Position numbers and translations under genes: made by a program. The notes beneath the pieces were generated by a model. It was not told the origin of the DNA, searched no databases, and saw only the letters and a program-made list of their open reading frames with translations. A stretch of 64,000 nt of DNA. Origin: Trypanosoma brucei. Lineage: Eukaryota. Shown here in pieces: positions 35,687 through 46,988 of this stretch (position 1 is the stretch's first letter; each line of letters opens with the position of its first letter). Location: the NCBI GenBank assembly GCA_000002445.1, contig CP000069.1, forward strand, positions 1,216,001-1,280,000, written 5' to 3'.

Positions 35687-37954
35687 GACTAGTACTTCAG
35701 TCAGTGTGCGGTCAAATATAGCACCTTACGGATTAAATAACCAAACCAGACACGCACACACGCAGGCCCACAAAGGAATGGTGCGCTTCCTAAGAGTGCA
35801 AGCTCAACAAACAATGTACTTTTTGTGCTCGAGGATACGCGTACAAACTCCACAGAAAAAGGTCAAAAATCCGAAACGAGGGAAATAAAATATGAATAAG
35901 ATAGAATAGGGAGAAGAGAAAAGAAAGAGAAGGGAAAGGGCAGGTATTAGTGGTGCCTACATCACAAGTGCGAGTCGACAAAAAGGCATTTATGGAAACT
36001 TGACACACGGAGGTTGTGAAGCTCAACCAAAAATGAAGCCAAGAGAATTAATCTCTTTTGCGTCTTCCTTTAACCCTTTTGAGTTAGACTTCGCCACACA
36101 GGAGAAACCCCAGGTGATACTAATTTGGGGAGGAACGTATACATATACACATATATATTGATATGTGTAGGTATGTATACAAATATGTCTTCCTCTCCCG
36201 TCACCTCAGCTGATTATTATCCTTCACTCTCCCTTCTTTTCTCCTCTTCTATCCCTTTCAAATAGAATCAGAATGTTGGCGTTGAAACAACATGCAGAAA
36301 TGTGGAAAGATGGAAGAAACAAATGACCCATAGTCATGGGCTCCCGCCATACGCAAATACCTGGAAAGTGGGTAAGATAAACTGAGAACATATGAAAAAC
36401 AAACCGACAAAGGCAAAGGCAAAGGCGTGAGCAACTTGTTCGCTTGGAGAAATAAAATATGGCAACAACAGCAACATCACAAAACTGAGAGGAGCAGAAA
36501 CATGCTGGTAGTTCCTCACATTATCATGCGCTCTCAACGAAAGAAAAAAGGATAAATAAACGAACATGTGACCTCCCACCTTATTGACCACAAAAGTGTA
36601 AACTTCAAAATCATGTATGGAGGTCACATTTACTCTCAATCAGTTACCGTAAATCACACGCAAGTAAAAGTAACCTCAAATGCTCATTCTCATATGTCTC
36701 AATCACCCCTCACATCACCATCAGTCTCTGGTTTCCAGACTCGTATGTTACGCATATCTATCCTTAAAACACACAGACTCAGGTACATGTATTTGGCAGC
36801 GTCACCCCTCCGATATTGTATCACCTTCTCCCTTCCGATCGGCATCATTTCTCTTCTTCTAAAACGTTACTTGATTCTTTTCCTTCCAGTGCTATACCTC
36901 ATAACACATGTTAATGCACCATTTCTCCAGCCACACACGAAAGCAGAGGGAGAAAGTCGTAGATATTTTGTTACTATTATTCGATAATTCATCAACTCTA
37001 CACTTCATTTCATTCTTTTTCTTTCATATTACTCTTGATCCTCTTCCTTATACCTGCTTGAAGGTCTAATCACCTCTTTCGCTTCTGTTGTTTCAACTTC
37101 TTTTGACTTGTGCTTGTGTCGGTCTGTTGCGTTTCTCTTTATCCGTCACCTCGCTTCCTGTCGGATGACATAACTTCGGCTACTTCCTTTCAATACCACC
37201 GCTGCTTGGTATATAACCATATGATCTTCCGCCCCCAGTGATGGTAAGGAAAGGAAGTAGAAGTGAACAAGAAGGGCGAGGGGCAGGAAAAGCAATACGT
37301 AACGGCGACAAATGGTTCTTTCTTTTTTTTTCTTTTTGATAAATAAGTTTGCATGCAACAAAAACCCCGCTGCTGAAAGTCTGTTAAGGCTTTCGCTCAG
37401 TAACGTAAATTAGAGGCTCTATCCACCTTTCAAATCGCAAATACAAACGTACGGACGCGCGCGTATTCGTTTTCAAGCTCCCACCCACAAATACTCACAT
37501 CTTTGTTTCCGTTACTGTTCCGTCATTCCTGTGCCGTTGTCCATCGAATAGTTTTAAACCAGCTGTACAGTTGGACAAAAAAAGAAAAGGAAAATAGGCA
37601 TTATCAAGAGGTGCTGGTGGTGGGAACCATGAAAGCGAAACAAGGTTGGAAAAAATAGTGAAATGATACGGGGAGGAAAAAAGAAAGAACGAAAATGAAG
37701 GGGATGAGACACCACTAATTTGAACGAAGGTAAGCCACTTCACGTAACAAGCTGCTTCTCGATTTGGTTTTCTTTCCCAGCTGTTCATTAGCCTGTTCTC
37801 TTTTAATGCCTGATAGGAACTGCCGCCGCCGTCCATCTACTATCCTCAATAGCGGGTAACCACACAACTTTTTCACCCCTCCCTGCCCGCGCACCCACAA
37901 GACACATACACCATTACGGCAGCTCTTTATTATTATTACTATTAATATTACGTT

Positions 37955-37990
37955 ATATATATATATATATGTATACATATATATATATAA
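37955..37990. repeat. TA-rich microsatellite ((TA)n with one GTATAC interruption)
   Basis: Read directly. It lies in the 2.7-kb ORF-free region downstream of the prozyme. Confidence 0.85.
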
Positions 37991-39608
37991 AGAGAAAACC
38001 AAGTCAAGTTTTAAAGAAGAAAATCAAACATAATGGGTAGGGTGTGAAAAATGCTTATTGAACTCAAAAAAATGTTAAGAAACAAGCACATAGAGTGATA
38101 TTTTGCTCCTTTATAAGACGAAAAAGAGGAAAAAAAAGGAAGCTAAACCATTAAATGAATAGATAAACCGCCACAGCAAACAGACTATTAGGCAGCACCT
38201 TTCACTTCCAGCTTTTTCGTTTTGAAAAGAAAACAGCACAGATATCACGAACTGAGACACGAAGCACCCACAGCTGTACAGCTGTACGCATCAATACAAC
38301 CCACATACTCACTCACTGACGCACACTTTGCCCACTTTCGTGCAAACCAAATCACGCTCCACTTGTTTAGTGATTATGAAACGAAACGGGGCAACGGAGA
38401 CGTCTGAAGTACCAGTGCCTTCTTCCTGTCCCCTTTTCCCCGCAACCTCAGTGCTACGAATCCCTTCCATTGGTTCCGCTGATTTTAGGGTTTTGTGGGG
38501 TAGAGTAAAGGAAAAGCAGTTGTCCCGCGTTTATTACCTAATGTATTGAACAAGGTTCGATACAGTGGTAGAATTATTTTAAAACAAAAAATTAAAAAAA
38601 AAAAGAAATGCTCAGGCAAGCAAACCAGATTTCTTTTTCTATTTTTCCTTTTTTTTCTCAAGAAGAAAAATATGAAGCGTGCGGGTACTCATCGTTCGTC
38701 GTGAGCGCCGCCATTTTAGCTGCTGTTGTATGCGCCTATCCGCCAGTTCGAGCTGCCCGTGTGTCCGTGGGCGTTGGCTACAGGAGGGAGGGGTGAATGC
38801 CCCCCGAAAAGGTTTTACCACAACCACAACATTCTCTTTTGTTGATGAACAGAACCACTGCATCAGGCGCAAGCTGGGCCTTTCAAATTAAAGTTAATTT
38901 TTTAAAAAAAGCCTACCCGCATCCACAAACGAAAACAAAAACAAAAAACACAGTCACTTACCTGCTGACACCCCTTCGCACGCGCCTAATAGAGATAATT
39001 GAAAGGCGTGTATGCGTATGAATGAAAAACACCAGAAAACAAAAAACAGGAAAATGTGTGCCTCTTGACGGCTGCTATGGAAACATGAGGAGGGGCGGGA
39101 AAGAATCACGGGGGAAGAAGCGGGTTCAGCAGTTAAAATATTTTCTTTCTTCGCACCGTTAGACACGGCCGTTTCTTTTTTATTTTTTTTTTTGAAAACA
39201 AAAGGGGCTGCCGCAAAAGTGGTGTTGAGCGCTTTTAAGGAGCAACTCAATAAACTGGCACATGAAATGACAAAAGAGGCATTAAAACTCTCGAACCTTT
39301 GACAGTGATGATACTTAATAAGCGGATGTTTAAAAAAAAAAAAGAGCCCTCCATTGCAGATAAAAACGACAAATCAACAAATATACATGAACCGATTTAC
39401 GCACAATGGAATGACTCCGTTTTACTCCTCATCTTTAAAACCGACTACCATAGAATAACTGTAGAAATTAGGGGGAGAGTATCCATATATATATATATAC
39501 TTGTATGGCACCCAAAATACCTAAAAAGCTGAGGTGTGTTTTCGCGCTGACCAGGGTGACCATTAAAAAAAAAAACCTTCAGAAGCGTTTCAGCATCTGT
39601 ACTGGAAA

Positions 39609-40586
39609 TCAGGCACTGCGTGCGTATGTGGCCTGGTGGAAGACATAGCCTCCACCAAAGTGATTAGCACCGCGGTGCACGACGGTGAAACCTTCCAATC
39701 TATCCATAACGCCGCACGCAGTTGTGCCCTGTGCGTCCCGGTCCTGCAGCAGCACGAGCAGAACTCTCTCCGGGTAAAATTTTTTGAGAAGTCCATTCAC
39801 AATTTTTGTGATATCACTCGCGGCAGACACGGCATTCGTTTCGAAGGAGGCAAAGGGATGCGTGGACCCATATGTTGACACTCGCAACGTTTCGTACTCC
39901 CCCGCGCAGTGGGATACAAGAAGTTGCTGTTCTTTGGTGTTTCCGTCCAAGTCATACTCATCATCTGCTTGTACGTTGTACATGTAAACATTGATCTGCA
40001 CATCATTTTCCCTTCGACAACTGGACGGGTCGCGATCGATGCCATCGTACACAAAGTAAAAACAGTGATCACGGTCAACAGGACCAGCTAGGTACGGGTG
40101 GCCCGTTGGGAACGCGGACTTCAACTCGGCGTATTCATGAGCCATAATATCACTCGTTTCCGATGTCATGTCCCAAGGCGAGCCGTAGTTGACCCGCATG
40201 AAAGACGCCCAATCCACAATAATGTTGTGGGAGCGCATGAGCTCAAGCATCGGGTGTACCGCTTCGTGTAGCATCACTGAAACGGAAGAGCGCACAACAA
40301 TCTGCTTTGCCGTAAACACCAAGAGGGACCTGTCGAACTTAAGCGTATGAATTCCCAGCTCAGCGGAGTTCTGACGAAGTGACTCACCGGCACGCTCCAT
40401 CACGGATGCCAGCTGTTTTACCGTAACGGTTCCTATATCAACAGGCTGTGCGAAATTGAGTTCAAACCGCTTCTCCAGGCCGCTGTCCGTGGAGGTTTTA
40501 GATTGGGTGCAACCTCCCCAACATGACACAAGGTCATGCACCGAACTTGGGCACTCGGTTTGCTGGTTAATCCGCGTGACCGACAT
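39609..40586 (-). CDS. AdoMetDC prozyme (catalytically dead AdoMetDC paralogue, 325 aa)
   Basis: Recognisable AdoMetDC fold homology: GLEKRFELNF versus FEGPEKRLEV, FPTGHPYLAGPVDRDHCFYF versus FPSGQPFIFGPIDSDHYFLYF, and HCAGEYETLRVSTYGS versus EPCGYSINAIRGSEYQT. The proenzyme cleavage motif LSESS is replaced by FDRSLLVF, so there is no serine to form pyruvoyl. Start set at MSVTRINQ (ATG 40584-40586), 15 codons inside the track ORF. Confidence 0.85.
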   Translation of the reverse strand: MSVTRINQQTECPSSVHDLVSCWGGCTQSKTSTDSGLEKRFELNFAQPVDIGTVTVKQLASVMERAGESLRQNSAELGIHTLKFDRSLLVFTAKQIVVRSSVSVMLHEAVHPMLELMRSHNIIVDWASFMRVNYGSPWDMTSETSDIMAHEYAELKSAFPTGHPYLAGPVDRDHCFYFVYDGIDRDPSSCRRENDVQINVYMYNVQADDEYDLDGNTKEQQLLVSHCAGEYETLRVSTYGSTHPFASFETNAVSAASDITKIVNGLLKKFYPERVLLVLLQDRDAQGTTACGVMDRLEGFTVVHRGANHFGGGYVFHQATYARSA

Positions 40587-41254
40587 CCTTACCGTTTCCC
40601 TCTGGTGTAAAACCAGTTTGCCTCCCCTCAACTCGCCGTGCAGCAGAAGTAACGCACTTACACGTACAAATTAAAAAAATTAAAAGCAAGGGTCAAAGAA
40701 GAAAGATAAGTATTCTGCCATTAACCAAAGAACATATTAGCAGGCAAACAATCCAACAATGTGATATTTCACGATGACGCAGCAGCGAGGAAAATTTGGC
40801 TCTCTCCGTTTATGCGTTTCTGGGAAAGCTATGTGTATATTCTCAACCACATTTTTTTTAAGTTCAGGAAATTTTCATCGGGTAAAACTCTTATTGGCGC
40901 TCATCGCAGGAAACAGGTGTTGTCATTATCAGAGTCAATTGGATCAGGAATACAGGGAAGAAAGGCCTGCCCGAAACGCTAGATTTTCAGCTGTCAACAT
41001 TTTAAAAGGGGAAATTTTCACCAGTAATACAACAACAGTGTAGAAATGAATAGGAAGAAGAGAAAATATGTTATGCTGGTCCCCTGAGTAATCCTAGTCG
41101 CTCCGGTTATTAATGTCACCAGCTGTCAAACACTAAACTTACCAGACTCCCTCAGTGCCTGAAGAAGACCCGACTTCATTATACCCCATCCATTCCCCTC
41201 GTTTCCCTAAATAAATATCATGTTCTCAACTGAGGCGTTTGCATCTCCGGCGTC

Positions 41255-44182
41255 TTAGAGTAAACTCTTCATCTTTGTTAAACCCTCAGTCAGTTGTGCC
41301 TCCTGCTCAACAAGCGACTCCAGTTTAACCTTATTGGCCTCACGCACATCAGCAGGCACTTTGGTTTCATAACCTGGCATTGATATCTTCTTATTGACAC
41401 CCTCAATCTGCTTCTGGAGTCCGGCGAGCTGTTTCTCGAGCTTTGCTACCTCCTTCTGCACATCAATGAAGCCAAGCAGCATCATGTTAATGCTCAGGTC
41501 TTTGTTTACTACTGCAAAACCGCAGCCCTTCGGCACCGCAGCTGCCTCCTCTTCAGGGGGTATAACCGAGACCCTGCCCACAACACCAAGCGATTCAATC
41601 ATGAACTTGTGTGACTCGACGATTTCTCTTGTTTCGGCAGCACGAGCAGTAACCCAGACGTCTGGCTTGTGTTTGTTGGTGAGGGAGTAAAAGGCTTTCG
41701 TTGAGCGGACAATATGAACTGTTTCCATCAGCAGTTTCATCTGCTCCTCAACTTGGCTGTCTTGCCAACCAGACACCTCGGGGTAAGGGGCAACCACAAT
41801 ACTTTGGACGCCAAAGGATTCATAGTTTGGTAGATAGTGCCAAAGTTCCTCTGTGAGGAATGGCATCATCGGATGTAGCAGACGGAGGGCCACCTCTACC
41901 ACATGGAGAAGCACATCTTGCACGATCACCTTCTTCTCACCTCCCGCCTGGATGGTTGGCTTTGTCAGCTCAAGATAGACATCGCAGAGCTCATATAGCC
42001 AGAAGCGGTACACGGCGTTGGTCGCAAGTGCAAAATCGTATGTACCCTCAGAAAAACCACGGGTGCATTCCTCCACAGCCACATCAAGGCGGGAAAGGAT
42101 CCACCGGCATTCGAGTGGCAGGCTCGCTACCTTTTGAGAATTGACAAGGGTCGCCTTCGGCTTATAGTCTTCTCCTAGTGCATGATATAGCACAAAGCGC
42201 ACAGCATTCCATAGCTTGTTGCATAGTTGCCTGTAGGCAACGACGCGGTCAATATCCAGGTTAACGTTGCGTCCAGACTGAGTGTAGGAAAGGAGACCGA
42301 AACGCAGAGCATCGCTGCCACACTCCGGGATGCCATTCGGAAAGGTTTCCCTCTGCAACTTCAGAGCTCTGGAAACCTCCTTTTCGTCAAGGTTGCCCGA
42401 CCTCACTGTGTCATGAAGCGCTTCAAGAGACACGCCGCTTATAATGAAGAGCGGGTCAATCACATTTCCCTTCGATTTGCTCATCTTCTCACCGTTCTTG
42501 TCACGCACCATGGCATGCAAAAACACCTCCGAGAAGGGAAGCTTACCGGTGAAGTGGAGTGACGTCATAACCATGCGGGCAACCCAGAAGAATAGGATGT
42601 CGTGACCAGTTTCCATCAGACTTCCAGGGAAGAACCTCTGCATATCACCCGTTTCGGCCGGCCAACCCATGGTGGAGAAAGGCCACATGGCGGAGCTGAA
42701 CCATGTGTCAAGCACATCACTATCCTGCTCGAGAACCAGCTCCCTAACCTCCGCATCACTGAGATTAAACTTCTCTTTTGCCTTGGCCTTTGCCTCCTCC
42801 AAATTGCGTGCAACAACCCACGGGTCCTCGTGCGTAGATGGGACAGCACCTGTGCACTTGTATGCGGGAATGCGGTGACCCCACCACAGCTGACGTGAAA
42901 CACACCACGGTTTGATGTTCTCCAACCAATGATACCATACAACCTGATGCGTTGGTGGATACAAGCGCAGTTCATTGTTACGAACGGCCTCCACCGACTT
43001 ACGAGCCATCTCCGTGCAGTCCACGAACCATTGAGGCATCAACAGCGGCTCAACAATGTCACCGGTCCTACTGCAACGGCCAACCCGATACTCATATGGG
43101 ACCACTTCGCGTAAGAGTCCCATCTTTTCCAACTCCTTCACAATCTCACGACGGCAATCAAAGCGGTGCATCCCCTTGAAGGGGCCCTCGGTGGTGACGT
43201 GCCCCTTAAGATCCATCATCGTCAACTGCGAGAGATTGTGGCGCAGCCCCGCCTCGAAATCGTTTGGGTCATGTGCCGGTGTTATCTTCACAGCACCCGT
43301 ACCGAAGTTCACATCAACCAGAACAGGATCAAGAATTAGCGGAATCGTTTCATCGCGGAATGGGCACTTTAGCCGCTTACCGTGATACTTCTTGTACCGC
43401 TCATCATCTGGATGAACAGCGACAGCGGTATCTCCAAGAATAGTCTCCGGCCGAGTTGTTGCAATGATAATTTCGTCCTCGCTGTCGGCAAACTTGTAGG
43501 CGACGTGGGTAAGCACACCCATGTCAACCTTCCTGTCGTACCCCGGGATCGTGAGCTTCGCGTTCTTCGGAACATCCTCAAATACAACCTCAAGATCGGA
43601 AATTGCACTTTGCAGCGAACAGCACCAGTTGATGAGCCGTGTCGCCCGGTAAATGAGGCCATCTTCATGAAGCTTCACGAAGCCCTCGACCACAGCTTTG
43701 GCACATTGCTCATCCATTGTGAAACGCTCCCTGGACCAGTCCAGGCTCAATCCAATACGCCGAAGCTGACGAGTTATAACACCACAGTGGTTCTCCTTGA
43801 AGACCCACACTTGCTTCAAAAATTCCTCGCGGCCAACGTCGTGGCGCGACTTTCCACTCTCCTTCATGAGACGTTTCTCCACCACAACCTGCGTCGCAAT
43901 ACCCGCGTGGTCCGTGCCAGGAAGATACAAAGTGTCATCACCTTTCATACGGTGGAAACGGATGAGCGCATCCTGCACTGCCCCGGTTAACGCGTGTCCA
44001 ATATGCAGGTGCCCAGTAACATTAGGTGGAGGAGAGACGATAACAAATGACCGGCCGCGGATGGGACGGCCCATGTCTGACGCGGGGCGGAAGAAGCCGG
44101 ACTCCTCCCACCACTCGTACCATCCGCTCTCCACGTCCTTAGGAATGTAGGCCGGAGCCATCTGGGGAGCAAGTTGTTTCAT
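41255..44182 (-). CDS. ValRS: valyl-tRNA synthetase (class I, 975 aa)
   Basis: HIGH motif PPNVTGHLHIGHA, KMSKS motif EKMSKSKGNVIDP, an editing (CP1) domain and a C-terminal coiled-coil tail typical of ValRS. Confidence 0.93.
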   Translation of the reverse strand: MKQLAPQMAPAYIPKDVESGWYEWWEESGFFRPASDMGRPIRGRSFVIVSPPPNVTGHLHIGHALTGAVQDALIRFHRMKGDDTLYLPGTDHAGIATQVVVEKRLMKESGKSRHDVGREEFLKQVWVFKENHCGVITRQLRRIGLSLDWSRERFTMDEQCAKAVVEGFVKLHEDGLIYRATRLINWCCSLQSAISDLEVVFEDVPKNAKLTIPGYDRKVDMGVLTHVAYKFADSEDEIIIATTRPETILGDTAVAVHPDDERYKKYHGKRLKCPFRDETIPLILDPVLVDVNFGTGAVKITPAHDPNDFEAGLRHNLSQLTMMDLKGHVTTEGPFKGMHRFDCRREIVKELEKMGLLREVVPYEYRVGRCSRTGDIVEPLLMPQWFVDCTEMARKSVEAVRNNELRLYPPTHQVVWYHWLENIKPWCVSRQLWWGHRIPAYKCTGAVPSTHEDPWVVARNLEEAKAKAKEKFNLSDAEVRELVLEQDSDVLDTWFSSAMWPFSTMGWPAETGDMQRFFPGSLMETGHDILFFWVARMVMTSLHFTGKLPFSEVFLHAMVRDKNGEKMSKSKGNVIDPLFIISGVSLEALHDTVRSGNLDEKEVSRALKLQRETFPNGIPECGSDALRFGLLSYTQSGRNVNLDIDRVVAYRQLCNKLWNAVRFVLYHALGEDYKPKATLVNSQKVASLPLECRWILSRLDVAVEECTRGFSEGTYDFALATNAVYRFWLYELCDVYLELTKPTIQAGGEKKVIVQDVLLHVVEVALRLLHPMMPFLTEELWHYLPNYESFGVQSIVVAPYPEVSGWQDSQVEEQMKLLMETVHIVRSTKAFYSLTNKHKPDVWVTARAAETREIVESHKFMIESLGVVGRVSVIPPEEEAAAVPKGCGFAVVNKDLSINMMLLGFIDVQKEVAKLEKQLAGLQKQIEGVNKKISMPGYETKVPADVREANKVKLESLVEQEAQLTEGLTKMKSLL

Positions 44183-45802
44183 TAGGGGGAATATACGCCG
44201 AAACGTCGTTTTCCCGTTTACCTTGCAGTTAAATGTTTCACCTCAAAAGCCTCAGTCTCCTTATGGCCGAAAATAAAAAATTCTGAAAGCTCCTTCAACT
44301 GATAAGTGGTGTAAGAAAAACAAAAAAAAAAGAAAAAACAAGGGGAAAAGCACATTCCAGCGTCAACAACAGCTGAAGCAAGTAATATTCCAACTTCTCC
44401 ATTTCGGTTAAACAACTACAAATTTGTGTGGCATGAAAGCTGACCGCCTTTCTATTTCCTCACTCTCGCCTAATAAGAGCAGCAGCACTGGTTCCGCGCC
44501 AGCGCCAAGATGAAAAGAAAAAAAATCGTAATAGGGCAAAGAAAGTAGAAAAGGGAAATAATAGGGCATCACCCGTTACCGGCGATGTCGCACTCTACCC
44601 CACACTCGACACAATACACAAAAGAAAAAGAAAAGAAAAGTACCACAAACTGATGACTTCATCAAAAACATCACATATTGTCCTTTCCCCTCCCCTCGGT
44701 TGCCACGACAACGGAAGAAGAGCTTTTCTACTAACACATGTAACACCCGCACACATACACGTAAACGTACTTGAGCACGGGAAAAGATAAAAAAGACAGG
44801 GAAGAAATGAAATGAATCAGACAAATGCCACAGGATGTGACACTCGCCGATTCTCTGTTTTACGATCCCTCTTCGACGCATTTCTTCCCCATCCGCTTGC
44901 CTTCTATGCACTTAACCCGCCAGAACTCAAGAATAATGTACGACTGGAGCTAGCAATATTTGAAAAAGAAAAACAAGAAAAATAAATAGAAATTGGAAAC
45001 GCCCCTACTTTTCGCATTTTGTTTTATTTGCGTAATGATTCTCAACGAAACAACCCACTTCGTAAAGTCAAATAAAAATATATCAAGGAAGATCCGATCC
45101 CATGAAAATAAAAATAACTAAATAAACAGTGAAGGAAAAAAAGCCTCTTTCTTTTCTGCTGCTTCGACATCGTTAAGGTAGTGATGGGGTTTGGGAAAAA
45201 GAAAAAGTGGAGAAAGAAAAGACCATGGTCACCCGAAAGAAGCAACGGAGATTTGCGCGCATAGAAAAAAAAACTTCTCGCAACATCACTGCGTTTGGAA
45301 TTACTTCGACCAGGCAGCTCCCTACATCCGGCCCCTCTAATTGGGCTTCTACTCATCACAGTCTTGTTGTTCCACAAACCCTTTCAGGATTGCGATCGGA
45401 GCCGCTCATCGCTTTAAAAACTGCTCCTGAAGCGCAATTTCTGTTGTTGTTGTTGTTGGCTTCGTTTACATTTGTATTTACCTTGTATGATATTTGTTCT
45501 ATCCACCAAACTTCACCGGTTGCCTAGACGCATGTTGGCTGCGACGATAAGAACGCAACAGAGGAGATAAAGAAAGTTTAAAAAAAAAAGAAAACGATCA
45601 CGAAGCCACACGAACCCCTAGAACCTAACCCCCACCAACGTTTTTAACTGCTGCTGCTTCTTAAAGGCACCAAGCAGTCACGCATCATCTGTGACGGGTT
45701 GAAAGTGGCACCCTCCCTCCCAAGAAATGAAGACGCGCCTAACAAGCCGGGTATGAAGGTTCAAACTCTTCTCTTGTGCCTCATCTACTAACCTCAGGTG
45801 AG

Positions 45803-46306
45803 TTAGTTCAGAAATAGCTTTCTTGACTCACTCAGTTGCCGAAGAACCTCTCGCTGACGCTCATGGCACTTTTCCACCGAATTGGTAGAGTAACCATACG
45901 ACCAGTTACGCAGCTCACTGCTCCACAGCATCATAGACGAAAGATTGGCCACCACCTGTCGATACGGGTCTGTTGCACCTGGAAACGACGCCTCGGTGGT
46001 GTCAAATTCATCGTCCGCTGCACGCATCAGGGACCGCCACTTTGTCGCATTCACCCGTTGTTGCGGATCACGACTGCAAGCAACGGAAAGGAGGTGTCTT
46101 ACCATCAACCGGTGGTCCTCCCGTGATATCAAGGCTTGCTTCTCCTCTTCGGCCACAATTTCGTTTAGCCGCGCCTGCCGCCACAAGGCCACACTCTGGC
46201 GGTCCTGTTCAATATTGGCATGGCGAAGCTGCTGGGGGCACGAGGCGTCGAGAGGAACATTAAGCACCGCGCGGTTGGCAACGTTCAATTCACTGCTGGG
46301 CGCCAT
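45803..46306 (-). CDS. possible hypothetical protein (167 aa)
   Basis: Minus-strand ORF inside a long spacer. No domain recognised. It lies in a GC-rich area where ORFs open in several frames, so support is weak. Confidence 0.3.
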   Translation of the reverse strand: MAPSSELNVANRAVLNVPLDASCPQQLRHANIEQDRQSVALWRQARLNEIVAEEEKQALISREDHRLMVRHLLSVACSRDPQQRVNATKWRSLMRAADDEFDTTEASFPGATDPYRQVVANLSSMMLWSSELRNWSYGYSTNSVEKCHERQREVLRQLSESRKLFLN

Positions 46307-46988
46307 CCTGCGTCACCGGGCACTGCAACGGGTGGTGGATTTCAGCTTCCACGTGGCACAGCCACTACGCGACGTGCCATGAAAGCAAAAAAACATATAT
46401 ATGCGGAAAAACGAAAAGGAAAATATTTAAAAGAAAAAAGAGAAAAGCAGCACCATCAAAACCAACCGCACAGCTAAGAAAACAGGATGAACAGTACAAT
46501 GAAGTCGACGAATTGCATCATACGCTGAACACATGCAAAAAGGCAGAGGTGGCAGATATTAACGGAGGGTATAAACGCACAAGAGGGTTACGCATTGTCA
46601 GATATCAGGCTGTTCCACATTAAAATCAACACGTTACTTGCAAGACATTTCTTGACCAGCACCGTAGTCTTTGTCTTCCCCTCTTTTGCTCTGTTCATTG
46701 ATCACACACTCTATCTTTAAATAGCAAGAATCAGGCACCCTCGGTTACGTTTAATTCCTCACAATACAAGGAACGATCTACGACACGTGTTACATGAGTG
46801 AACAAGCGCCAGCTGACCATCCATTATATGCCTTTTGGCCTCACCCTCACTTCCTTCTTGCCTACTCGATTCCTCCTTTCACCCCCTGTACAGGCCGTCA
46901 CATTGCCTCTTTCAAAGTGGAGCGCACCCTAATTGAATGCGTCGTCCTTCACAAGCGCAGATCGCACCTGTCAGAATGACAAATTATT

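Larger units (their letters stand above)
32185..36929. repeat. segmental duplication copy B (4.75 kb)
   Basis: See copy A. Confidence 0.9.
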
